In this document: one piece after another, positions 1 to 9,572 of the stretch | How positions within the stretch are numbered: position 1 is the stretch's first letter | Layout of the letters: every line of letters begins with the position of its first letter | DNA from: an uncultured bacterium | GTDB lineage: Bacteria; Chloroflexota; UBA5177; JANWHV01 | Direction: 5' to 3' | DNA: 64,000 bases | Assembly: GCA_963827235.1 (NCBI GenBank) | Contig: CAWHAE010000009.1 | Span: 32,001 to 96,000 of the forward strand | The notes under the pieces: generated by a model | The model's input: the letters and a program-made list of their open reading frames with translations, nothing else | What the model was told of the DNA's origin: nothing | The model's database searches: none | Made by a program: the position numbers and the translations under genes

Positions 1-416
1 GAACAGGTTCTGGCGTAAGCACTTCACGCCCGTTGTGCTCTCGGTGCGTCGCGCAGTGAACAGGGATGCAGCTGTTGCAATCCCTCCCTGATCGGTTGGG
101 AGACATACTGCCTCCTCATCCTGGTCCACGGCACTCGCGAGCGATCTTCCTCCCTCGCGGAACTTCACGTTCCCCGGCACTGTCCCATCCGGGTCCAGCG
201 ACCGCACGTCTGCCAGCTTCCCCAGGACCAGGGGGCTCTGGCACGGTGTACTCCAGCCGGCGAAATCCGGAACAAGCAGGATGTGCTGCTTGCCGACGCT
301 AACCGCAACGTGGTCTCGGATGGCGAGCAGAGCCATGGAGCTGGTCCGTGCCCGGAGGACAACACGGGCGACGGAAGGCACCTGCCCCTCCCACTTCCAG
401 TGTATGGCGCAGCAGG

Positions 417-451
417 GGGCTTGCGGCAAGCCCTGGGTCGCGTCGTATAAT
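417..451 (+). promoter_or_regulatory. Rifamycin-associated element (RAE) palindrome plus promoter of rph
   Basis: Perfect inverted repeat GGGCTTGC-G-GCAAGCCC (417-433) matching the RAE core; TTGCGG (421-426) lies 19 bp before a perfect TATAAT (446-451); about 200 bp upstream of rph. Confidence 0.85.
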
Positions 452-654
452 CGCCGGACCAAGCCAGAAGTTAGGGAGCTTTGCCTTTGACCATCAGCGA
501 CTTTCCGCCGCGGCACACTACAGGCTCGCGGTGTGCCAGAACCACGTCAAGCGCATCCTGGCCGGCTGTGCGGCCAGTCCTTGCGCAGGATGGGGCACGG
601 GGGCCCGGTGAGGCGCCGCGACATTCTTGAGAGAACGCACAAGGGAGAGAGCAG

Positions 655-3291
655 ATGGGCCGCTACCTGTTGCAGTTCCAGGAGATCGACCAGATGCAGG
701 TCGCGGTCGTCGGCGGCAAGGGCGCGCACCTGGGAGTGCTTTCGCGGATCGAAGGCCTTCGCGTGCCGGCCGGCTTTTGCGTGACGACGGACGCATTCCA
801 GCGGATCATGGCGGAAGCACCGTCGATCGGCGATCGACTCGATCGACTGGCGCGCCTGAAGCCGGACGACCTGGAAGCGATCCGCGCACTCAGCGCGGAG
901 ATCCGCCGGACCCTCGAAGGGACCGCCATACCCGACGATCTGGCGGCGGCAATTACCGGCCAGCTCGCCCGGCTTGGCGAGCACGCCGCCTGCGCCATCC
1001 GATCCAGTGCGACGGCAGAGGACTTGCCGACCGCTTCCTTCGCGGGCCAGCAGGACACGTACCTGAACGTGGTGGGGCCGGCGGCGATCCTCCAGCACGT
1101 CAGCCGGTGCTGGGCCTCGCTCTTCACCGAGCGGGCCGTGATCTACCGCCTGCGGAATGGCGTGGACCACCGGAAGGTCCACATGGCCGTGGTCGTGCAG
1201 CGGATGGCCTTCCCGCAGGCGGCCGGCATCCTTTTCACGGCCGACCCCGTCACGGGCAACCGGAAAGTCGCCTCCGTGGAGGCCGGCTTCGGCCTCGGCG
1301 AGGCCCTGGTCACCGGCTTGGTGAACGCGGACGTCTTCAAGGTGCGTGCCGGCGAGGTCGTCGCCAAGGCGGTTGCCACCAAGCAGCGTGCCATCTACGC
1401 CTTACCGGCCGGCGGGACTCAGGAACAGGCGATCGAGCCGGAGCGGCAGGAGCAGCCGGCGCTGGCGGATGCGCAAGTCGTGCGGCTCGCGCAGTTGGGC
1501 CGGCGAATCGAAGCGCACTTCGGTCGCCCCCAGGACATCGAATGGTGCCTGGTCGACGACGAGTTCCAGATCGTCCAGAGCCGGCCGATCACCACGCTGT
1601 TCCCCATCCCCGCGACCGGCGACCGCGAGAACCACGTCTACGTCTCCGTCGGCCACGGGCAGATGATGACGGACGCCATGAAGCCCCTGGGGCTCTCCCT
1701 GTTCCAGCTGACGGCCGCACGGCCCATGGACGAGGCCGGCGGGAGGCTGTTCGTCGACGTCACCCGGGGCCTGGCGTCGCCGGCGAGCCGCGCAGGCCTC
1801 CTGGAGACCCTGGGGAGAGGAGATCCGCTGATCGGGGACGCGCTGCAGACCGTCCTCGACCGCGGCGACTTCATCCGATCGCTCCCGGACGAGGGCCCCG
1901 GAGGGCCACCGGCGGGCGGCGCGCCAGCCCCAATCGAGACCGATCTGGCTCTCATCGCTGAGCTGATCGGGCGCAGCCAGGCCTCCATCGCTTCTTTGAA
2001 GCGCGACATCCAGACGAGGTCGGGATCAGCGCTCCTCGACTTCATCCTGACGGACCTTCAGGAACTGAAGCGGATCTTGTTCGATCCGCGCAGCCATCAG
2101 GTGATCATGGCGGCGATGGAGGCCACCTGGTGGCTCAACGAGCGGCTGCAGGCGTGGCTGGGCGAGAAGAACGCGGCCGACACACTCACGCAGTCCGTCC
2201 CCCACAACGTCACGTCGGAGATGGGGCTGGCGCTCCTGGACGTCGCGGACGTGATCCGCCCGCATCCGGACGTGGTGGCGTTTCTGCAGCACGTCACGGA
2301 CGACAGCTTCCTGGACGAGTTGCTCGCTCTCGCGGGCGGGCGGGAAGTGCGAGACGCCATCTTGACCTGGCTCGACAAGTACGGCATGCGCTGTACCGGC
2401 GAGATCGACATCACGAGGCCGCGTTGGAGCGAACGCCCCACCACGCTGGTGCCGATCCTCCTCGACAACATCAACAACGTCGAGCCGGGCGCCGGACAGC
2501 GGCGCTTCGAGCACGGGCGGCAGGAGGCGTGGAAGAAGGAGCAGGAGCTGCTCGAGCGCTTGCGGGCCTTGCCGGACGGGGAGCGGAAGGCCGACGAGAC
2601 CAAGCGGATGATCGACCGGGTCCGCACTTTCATCGGGTACCGGGAGTATCCGAAGTATGGTATCGTCAGCCGCTACTTCGTCTACAAGCAGGCCTTGCTC
2701 CGAGAAGCCGAGCGCCTCGTACAGGCCCACGTGCTGCGTGAGCAGGAAGACAGCTTCTACCTCACGTTCCAGGAACTCCACGACGCCGTGCGGACCAATC
2801 AGGTGGATGACCAGCTCGTCCGCCGGCGCAAAGACGCGTTCAGGTCCTATCAGGCGCTCACGCCGCCCCGGGTGCTCACGTCGGACGGCGAGGTCATCGC
2901 CGGGTCGTACCGGCGCGACGACGTGCCGGCCGGCGCGCTGGTCGGCTTGCCGGTTTCCGCCGGGCTCGTCGAGGGGCGGGCCCGCGTCGTCTTGAACATG
3001 GCGGATGCCAACCTCGAACCGGGCGACATCCTGGTTACCGCCTACACGGACCCCAGCTGGACGCCGCTGTTCGTCGCGATCGGGGGCCTGGTCACGGAGG
3101 TGGGGGGCCTGATGACCCATGGCGCGGTGATCGCTCGGGAGTACGGCTTGCCAGCTATCGTAGGGGTGGAGCACGCCACCCGGCTCATCCGGGATGGCCA
3201 GAGGATCCGCGTGCAGGGAACACACGGGTACGTCGAGATCCTGCCCGAGCGAGCCAGCCAGGCTGCTGCTGGCGGGACTTGTCCGCATTGA
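655..3291 (+). CDS. rph: Rifamycin-inactivating phosphotransferase (PEP synthase-like)
   Basis: 878 aa; N-terminal ATP-grasp (VGGKG, RSSATAEDLPTASFAGQQDTYLN, PQDIEW), central rifampin-binding domain (HVYVSVGHGQMMTD, GYREYPKY), C-terminal swivel His domain (GGLMTHGAVIAREYGLP); RAE upstream. Confidence 0.93.
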   Translation: MGRYLLQFQEIDQMQVAVVGGKGAHLGVLSRIEGLRVPAGFCVTTDAFQRIMAEAPSIGDRLDRLARLKPDDLEAIRALSAEIRRTLEGTAIPDDLAAAITGQLARLGEHAACAIRSSATAEDLPTASFAGQQDTYLNVVGPAAILQHVSRCWASLFTERAVIYRLRNGVDHRKVHMAVVVQRMAFPQAAGILFTADPVTGNRKVASVEAGFGLGEALVTGLVNADVFKVRAGEVVAKAVATKQRAIYALPAGGTQEQAIEPERQEQPALADAQVVRLAQLGRRIEAHFGRPQDIEWCLVDDEFQIVQSRPITTLFPIPATGDRENHVYVSVGHGQMMTDAMKPLGLSLFQLTAARPMDEAGGRLFVDVTRGLASPASRAGLLETLGRGDPLIGDALQTVLDRGDFIRSLPDEGPGGPPAGGAPAPIETDLALIAELIGRSQASIASLKRDIQTRSGSALLDFILTDLQELKRILFDPRSHQVIMAAMEATWWLNERLQAWLGEKNAADTLTQSVPHNVTSEMGLALLDVADVIRPHPDVVAFLQHVTDDSFLDELLALAGGREVRDAILTWLDKYGMRCTGEIDITRPRWSERPTTLVPILLDNINNVEPGAGQRRFEHGRQEAWKKEQELLERLRALPDGERKADETKRMIDRVRTFIGYREYPKYGIVSRYFVYKQALLREAERLVQAHVLREQEDSFYLTFQELHDAVRTNQVDDQLVRRRKDAFRSYQALTPPRVLTSDGEVIAGSYRRDDVPAGALVGLPVSAGLVEGRARVVLNMADANLEPGDILVTAYTDPSWTPLFVAIGGLVTEVGGLMTHGAVIAREYGLPAIVGVEHATRLIRDGQRIRVQGTHGYVEILPERASQAAAGGTCPH

Positions 3292-3441
3292 GTCGCGCGA
3301 GTCAATGTGGCACGGTACCTTGGGCGAACGGGGAGACCGAGCGCTACTGTATGAGGTATGCACCTCCAACTACGGGCACCCTCGCCCGCCCGCCGCATCG
3401 GCGGGGGTCAGCGCCATCACCGGTGGCTCTGGACCGGTGCG

Positions 3442-3750
3442 CTAGTACCGGTCGGTGCGTGGAGTGGTAGCCTGCATACCGAAAGTGGATCTACGTGCTA
3501 CGAGTTGGAATGGCGGCCGGACCAGCGCCGGCGCCCCGCTGCGTGTGCCGTCGATGCGGTGAATGAGCATTGAGACAGCTTGCCTGGCGATGACATCTGG
3601 GTTGACTGCGATCGTACTCAGCGGCGGATACGCCCATTCGGCCTCGAGAATATCGTCGAAGCCAATCACGGCGATATCTTCTGCACTGCGCAGACCTGTG
3701 TCATGGAGCACCGGCATAGCACCCAAAGCGACATGGTCGGAGGCACAACA
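3442..3750 (-). pseudogene. C-terminal remnant of LacI-family regulator
   Basis: SDHVALGAM..LHDTGLRSAEDIAVIGFDDI..PPLSTI..PFQLVARRST is the LacI sensor C-terminus; no HTH or N-terminal part upstream. Confidence 0.75.
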
Positions 3751-3927
3751 CCGCCATGTGTCGGCGCTGCCAGCCCGTGCTTCGCATCTTTTCCTGGCGG
3801 CGTGCGTTCCCCGGAATCGAGTCCTTCGCGGGACGTGCCGAATGTTCACGGCACGCCGGAGCGTGCGGCAGCGCCGTATGCGTTATGTACTGGCTATGGA
3901 AGAAAAGGAAGTGTTGGAGATGACGGC

Positions 3928-4744
3928 ATGATGCATCTGCAGGATCCAGATGAACACTCCTACGAGGCGTTTAGTCAGAGGCCCTTTTATCGCGCGATGG
4001 ATCGGCTGACCATCTCACTCGCGCCCGTCGCTGAGCGCGTTCTGGACATGGCTACCGGCACCGGCGCTATGATATCTCTCCTCCTGGAGGAAGGAAAGCT
4101 GCGCCCGGGCGGTCGCGTGACGGGCGTGGACGTCGATCAGACTGCCATTGATGCAGCCATGGAGAAGTTCCATGATCCAGCCATACGATTCCTCTGTGCA
4201 TCTGTGGAGGCACTCCCGTTCGACCCATGGCAGCTTTGATCTGGTCGTATTTTGCAACGCGGTGCACTTGACCAATATGCCGGTTACCCTGGCGGAAGCG
4301 TCGAGAGTTCTTCGCTCGGGCGGCACGCTGATCATGAGCAGTGCATACGTCAAGGACATCGCATACGGCCAAGGCGGCAAGCTGCAGTGGGGCCGCCTCG
4401 TACTGAAAGCACAGAAGAAGGCACGCGCGAAGGGCTTCTCTCCGCAAGCGCCGATGGAGCTGATGAATTTCACCCAGGCCGATTACACGGAACAGCTGCG
4501 CCTGCTGCAGTTCTCCGGCATCGAGGTCCTGGTGAAAGAGGCACGTATGGAGGTCGACGACGTTGCCGCGATTTGCCAGTACGACGAATTCGCAAGAGGG
4601 GCGCTGCCCGGCGTTCCGGTCGACGACGCAAAGGACGCCCTGATAGCCAGTGCGGAAGAGCTGTTTGGGGACATGCGCAACAGACATCCCGGCACGGCGC
4701 CCTATTTCCCGCGCGGGTGGATGATACTCTCCGCCAAGAAATAG
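3928..4744 (+). pseudogene. Class I SAM-dependent methyltransferase, frameshifted
   Basis: Motif I (VLDMATGTG) in frame 3928-4239; continuation HGSFDLVVFCNAVH..ASRVLRSGG in the +1 frame to 4744; removing one C of CCC at 4224-4226 restores LPFDHGSFDLV. Confidence 0.8.
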
Positions 4745-5027
4745 CGAGGTGCCGACACCAGCGCCCTAACGCACCTGGAAGACGGCGAAGTGATCGCTGA
4801 AATCCACGCACCTTTCAACCGAGGGTGCCCGTTGCGGCAGGCCCTCTTCAGCAGCATACCGGACACCGGGCGGTGCTGGAGTGGCGTAGCCGCAGCCCAG
4901 GGCCCGGTAGGCGACAGGCGATGCGCAGGCAGGATGAGGCTCGCGCTAGGACCATGTGCTGCCGGTGTCCAGCGCCGGTGAGCGTGTCGCCCGTACGGAT
5001 CGTGGCTAAGCGCACGGCGATGCTCGC

Positions 5028-5669
5028 CTAGACCGTCATCGTGTCGCCGACGGGCACGATGGTCAAGGGGACGCTGGTAAGCATCTTCGGGCTGAGGAAC
5101 ATGGCCATCGACTGTTGTCCAATCTCGCTGAGCATGGCCTCGTGGATCTGCACGACCTGGTCGGGGTGCATGACCCGAACGTAGTCCGCTGCCTGCCCAA
5201 CCTTGGTCCACGGGCCGCTCGTGGGCAGGAGGAGTGTGCTCACGGGGGTGGGCGGGACGAAGTAGTCGTCACCAGGATGGAAGAGGCGCCCGTCGACGAG
5301 GAAGCCGACGTTCGCGCACGACGGGATGTCGTGGTGGATCGGTGCATGCCGGTCACCGAAGACGGCGATGTCGAAGCCCTCGATGCTGAGCCTGTCACCG
5401 TCCACCACGGCGACGAGCTGGTCCCGGCGGGCCTTCCAGCGGCTCACTACGGCGAGCGGGCCATAGACCTTGAGTTCAGGGCGCGCGTCCAGTGCCTGGG
5501 CGATCAGCGCCTCGTCGACGTGGTCGGCGTGCTCGTGCGTTAGCAGGATCGTTGCCGTCTCCGCGATCAGCGCTGCTGCATTGGGGGTGAAGGTACCCGG
5601 ATCGATAAGCACGTGGCCATCATTTCTGTCGAGCGTCACGCAGGCGTGGGCGTGCTTGGTCATTTCCAT
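5028..5669 (-). CDS. MBL-fold metallo-hydrolase
   Basis: HACV, LIDPG, LLTHEHADH, FHPGD, QIHE motifs; RBS AAGGAG before ATG. Confidence 0.9.
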   Translation of the reverse strand: MEMTKHAHACVTLDRNDGHVLIDPGTFTPNAAALIAETATILLTHEHADHVDEALIAQALDARPELKVYGPLAVVSRWKARRDQLVAVVDGDRLSIEGFDIAVFGDRHAPIHHDIPSCANVGFLVDGRLFHPGDDYFVPPTPVSTLLLPTSGPWTKVGQAADYVRVMHPDQVVQIHEAMLSEIGQQSMAMFLSPKMLTSVPLTIVPVGDTMTV

Positions 5670-5699
5670 GGAAGGCTCCTTTCTGCTGTCCTCCTCCAA

Positions 5700-5734
5700 T
5701 GTACAGGTATATCTGTACAGTTTCAACTGTACAG
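5700..5734. promoter_or_regulatory. Triple palindromic (C)TGTACAG operator between divergent MBL hydrolase and MarR genes
   Basis: TGTACAG-gtatat-CTGTACAG-tttcaa-CTGTACAG, 14-bp period. Confidence 0.7.
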
Positions 5735-5758
5735 GCGTGCCGAGGATATGCTAGACGT

Positions 5759-6262
5759 ATGAACGCAAGCGACAATCGATTGCCCTCGTCGGCCGATCCG
5801 CGTGTATTGGCGGTGCACCTGCGACGGGCTGTCGGCGATCTGGTGCGTGCGACCCGGGGTGCGGATGTGCTGGCGCCAATCCCTGCTGCGGTGATGGATC
5901 TTTTGGACCGGGATGGATCGATGACGACGGCGGACCTGGCTACCCGTCGTCAGGTCCGGCACCAGACGATGGCGACGACCGTGAAGGACTTGCACGACGC
6001 GGGGTACGTCGTCGCGACACCCCACGAAGGAGACGGCCGCAAGAAGATCCTCAGCCTGACTGCCGCAGGAAGACGGGCTCTCGAACGAGATCGCCAGGAC
6101 CGGGTGACGCGGCTCGTCGCGGCCATGGAACAGTCGCTCACAGGTGATGAATTGCGAGTTGTCGCCGACGCCCTGCCGCTCATTGACCGGGTCACGGTGT
6201 CCATCATGAAGAGTCGTGACCCAGCGTTGCCGGCTCGAAGTCCTATTACTGGCGACTGGTAG
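5759..6262 (+). CDS. MarR-family transcriptional regulator
   Basis: MTTADLATRRQVRHQTMATTVKDL..GYV..DGRKKILSLTAAG winged-helix signature; divergent from MBL hydrolase. Confidence 0.9.
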   Translation: MNASDNRLPSSADPRVLAVHLRRAVGDLVRATRGADVLAPIPAAVMDLLDRDGSMTTADLATRRQVRHQTMATTVKDLHDAGYVVATPHEGDGRKKILSLTAAGRRALERDRQDRVTRLVAAMEQSLTGDELRVVADALPLIDRVTVSIMKSRDPALPARSPITGDW

Positions 6263-6476
6263 GGCCGGCCACAGCCCAGGGCGCGTTCTCGATGATCGGG
6301 ATGTACCGTCGCGAAGGGCCGCGGTGGCTGAGCCAGATGCAGAATGCCTCCTCACTGTCTACCCGCCCACGGCGCTGGGGCCGAGCGCGTTGGTGGACCG
6401 ACGTGAGCCCGCCATGCACGACCGCGGGTCTCCTGCCGACCGCCCTCGTGAGAGCAGTTCTCGCTATGCCTTGCCC

Positions 6477-6845
6477 CTAGTAGCTGGCAGGCTTGGCAGT
6501 GCCCTGCACGCGCCGGCCGTCCAGATCGCCATAGTGGCAGGCATCGGCCCCATGACAGGTGCGCGTGAAGTCCATGCTGATCGTGTAGTGGCCGGGCTTG
6601 GCCGTCGTCAGCGTGGCGTAGAGGTTATCCCCAACCTCGGGAAAGCTGGTGGGCAGCCTGGGCGGCACCTGCGTGCGCGCCAGTCCGGGCAGCAGGGCGC
6701 GGAAGAACGGGGCCACCGCGCTCGCCGCAAGCCCCGGCCCGCTGGAGTGCGCATCGGCGCGCCCTTGCTGGACGGCAATTGAGCCAGTGAGTGTCAGTGC
6801 GCAGGCAACAGCCGCCAGCGCAGATCGCATTCCACCCAACCTCAT
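6477..6845 (-). CDS. Hypothetical secreted protein, possibly C-terminally truncated
   Basis: Signal-peptide-like N-terminus (MRSALAAVACALTLTGSIAVQQGRADA); P-x-x-LP motif and C-x5-C pair (CHGADAC). Confidence 0.5.
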   Translation of the reverse strand: MRLGGMRSALAAVACALTLTGSIAVQQGRADAHSSGPGLAASAVAPFFRALLPGLARTQVPPRLPTSFPEVGDNLYATLTTAKPGHYTISMDFTRTCHGADACHYGDLDGRRVQGTAKPASY

Positions 6846-7014
6846 GATGAATTCCCTTCCCAACTCGTCGATCACCGTCGTCGTCGCCCGGCGGGAGCCC
6901 CGCGCATACACGGCAACATGCCCGCCATGCGCTGCCCGATCGCACCGGCGAACGGCTCGTCCCACTCCATGGAACACTGATGAGTCCGCAAATGTGCCTA
7001 TCCTCTCGCCACTG

Positions 7015-7262
7015 CTACCCATCCGAACCAGCATCTGGCACGTCGCCCCTTACCGGCGTTGACCGTTCGAGCTTCCACTGTTCCGCGGCAGCCAGGTCGC
7101 GAGCCTGCGCCGCCAGGAAGGTGAAGAGCTGTTCCATGCTGGTGAAGCCGTGGCGCTCAGCCGTACTGGGGCTTTCCAGCGAGGCCCGCCAGTCAGGCCG
7201 TTGTCGTCGACCATCCACAGCCGGAGCAAGTACGAGAGGCAGGGACGCCGTCCGTCAATCAT
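7015..7262 (-). pseudogene. Small conserved hypothetical protein (SYLLRLW/WRASLE type), frameshifted
   Basis: MIDGRRPCLSYLLRLWMVDDNG in one frame, PDWRASLESPSTAERHGFTSMEQLFTFL in another; shift near 7200; RBS GGGGAG. Confidence 0.65.
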
Positions 7263-7303
7263 CGCTCTCCCCATTGTGCCGATCGCATGGCGCTTCCGCT
7301 GGC

Positions 7304-7353
7304 TGTCCTGTCGTGTCCTGTCCTGTCCTGTCCTGTCCTGTCCTGTCCTGTCC
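7304..7353. repeat. Pentanucleotide microsatellite (TGTCC)10
   Basis: Ten tandem units, second unit TGTCG. Confidence 0.97.
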
Positions 7354-7510
7354 ATCCGCGCCCCGAGCATAGCAGGCAAGCGCAAGGCTCGCGCAAGACA
7401 CCGGACCGCGTGGGCTTAAGGGGCAAAATCGTGCAATTGTGGTCGCGTTCGCCAGAACAGTATGATGATGAAACGGTTGGGCTCGCGCTGGAACTCTCGG
7501 CACGAGGACG

Positions 7511-9190
7511 ATGCCAGAGCTTCAGTTGGCGATGCTTGGCCCATTCCAGGCGACGCTCGGTGGCGCGCCGATCACCGGGCTCGCCTCCAGCAAAGCCGGC
7601 GCGCTGCTCACCTAACTTGCCGTCGAGGCCGACCGCCTGCACACGCGCGAGACTCTGGCCACGCTGCTGTGGCCGGTAAGCAGTGAGGAGTCTTCCCGGG
7701 CCAATCTGCGCAACACGCTCGCCGTCCTGCGCAACGCGATCGGCGACCCGCAGGCGATGCTGCCCACCCTGCTCGTCACCCGGAGCACACTCCAGCTCAA
7801 CCCGGTGGGCGAAGGGTGGCGCGACATCGCAGCATTCAGGACGCTGCTCGCCGAGGACCGGCCCGGCATCGAGCGGCTGGAAGCGGCAGTAGCGCTCTAC
7901 CGTGGTGAGCTCCTGGCTGGGTGGATAGCCGGCGACAGCGCGGCCCTCCAGGATTGGCTGACCGTCCGGCGCGACGAGTTCACCGGCCGGGTGCTCGCTG
8001 CCCTGCAGCGCCTGGCAGCGGAGTATGAGGCCCAACAGAACGACGACCGGGTCGAGGCATGCCTCCGGCGCCAGCTCGCGATGCAGCCCTGGCGTGAGGA
8101 GGCGCACCACGACCTGATGCGGCTACTGGCGCCGACCGGCAGGCGCACAGCCGCCCTGGCGCAATTCGAGTCGTGCACGCGTGCCTTGCGAGCCGATCTC
8201 GACGTTGAACCCTCGCGCGAGACCGCCGTGCTCTGCGAGCGGATTCGCGACGGGGGGTTCGCCGACGAGGCAGCCCGCAGTGCCCAGGTACCACGACGCG
8301 GCCTCGCTCCGCGCGGCAGTTCGGGTTGGCCGGTGAAGGGTCGCCCTGCCCCCGCCTTCGTGGGGCGCCAGCGCGAGCTGGCCCGGCTTGCCGCGCAGCT
8401 CGAGGCCACGCTGCAGGGCCAGGGCCGGGTGGCATTCGTGGTTGGCGAGGCCGGCGCGGGCAAGACGGCATTGCTGGCGGAATTCGCCGCGCGGGCAATG
8501 CAGCGCCACGGCGAGCTGGTGGTGGCGCTGGGCAGTTGCAACGGCAGTTCGATACGCCGCCGGAACCCATCTCGGCGCAGGAGGCGCGGCTGCACGAGGT
8601 GCCGCTGGCGCAGGTACAGGAAGTGGGCAACCCTTCTGCGGGGCCGGACGCGGGCCCGGCAGGGCGCGTTCGAAGAAGGGCTGGACCTGATGCGCCACGG
8701 ACTCGCCGCCTGGCGGAGCACTGGCAGCGTGACGACCGTTCCCGCCCAGTATTGCGTGGCGATTCACACGTGCTTGGAGGAGGGTCGACCGGACTCCGGT
8801 CTGCAGCTCGTGCAGGAAGCGCTGGAGCTTGCCGAGAAGCACGGCCTGCGCTGCTTTCTGCCCGAGTTCGTTCGCCTCAAAGGCGAGTTACTCCTGCCAC
8901 CGGGCGACGTTGCGGTCCGCGCGGAGGCGGAGGCATGTTTTGCGCAGGCACTCGAGGCTGCCCGGCGTCAAAGGGCCAGGACGTGGGAGCTGCGGTCGGC
9001 CCTGAGCATGGCCCGCCTCTGGCAGCGGTATGGCCGATGCGAAGACGCCCGTGCACTGCTGGCCGTCGTCTACGATTGGTTCACCGAGGGCTTCGACACC
9101 CCCGACCTGCGCGATGCGCGGGCACTGCTGGCAGAGCTCTCCGGCGCAGGCGGCGAAACGCATCCTTACCCGGCGCACGGCACGGGCTAA
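7511..9190 (+). pseudogene. SARP/AfsR-type regulator (wHTH-BTAD-AAA-TPR), disrupted
   Basis: MPELQLAMLGPF..ALLT*LAVE with in-frame TAA at 7613-7615 (Tyr expected); BTAD (PWREEAHHDLMRL); Walker A GEAGAGKT; jumps near 8545 to the C-terminal WELRSA..WFTEGFDTPDL tail, so most of the AAA/TPR region is missing. Confidence 0.85.
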
Positions 9191-9572
9191 CGCCGGTTGG
9201 TCATGTCGGGGCGAGGAGCGGGCTGGCACTGCGCGACGTGACAGTGTGCGCGACGACAGCTGCGGGCGCCCGGGCCGCTCATACCACGCTGCAGCGTCGA
9301 CACGGGTCTCCTTGAGCAGGCATCGGCGCCGGCCAGGCGCCGAACAGCAGCAGGCCCTGGACCCGGGAGGTCGCCGCCTCGGCTTGAACCGGGCACAACC
9401 CGAGGATTTGCGATAACGGCGCAGATCCTGCGGCGCCGGCTGCTTCTACGCTCGAGCAGGGTGTGGCCAGCGCCCCACTGCTTGCCCGCACGTAACGCGT
9501 GTCCATGCATCGACTCGCATGACCTTGCAGCAGTGGGCGCGGCACGCGCGTGACCGGTTTTGTCCTCTGCAA

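Noticed and set aside
655-3291. Annotation as phosphoenolpyruvate synthase (ppsA)
   Set aside because: The His swivel domain is C-terminal, there is no PEP-binding TIM barrel, and Rph motifs plus the RAE are present
4234-4240. CTT-TGA at the methyltransferase frame junction resembling the prfB +1 programmed frameshift site
   Set aside because: Arises automatically from out-of-frame reading of AGC TTT GAT (SFD); no internal SD 3 nt upstream; a single C insertion at 4224-4226 restores the family motif
7304-7353. Possible CRISPR array
   Set aside because: Simple 5-bp tandem repeat without spacers; no cas genes and no repeat-spacer array seen in the window
7613-7615. In-frame stop in the SARP gene as possible readthrough or recoding
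   Set aside because: It is TAA at a Tyr position, and the gene also has a large deletion, so pseudogenisation is simpler
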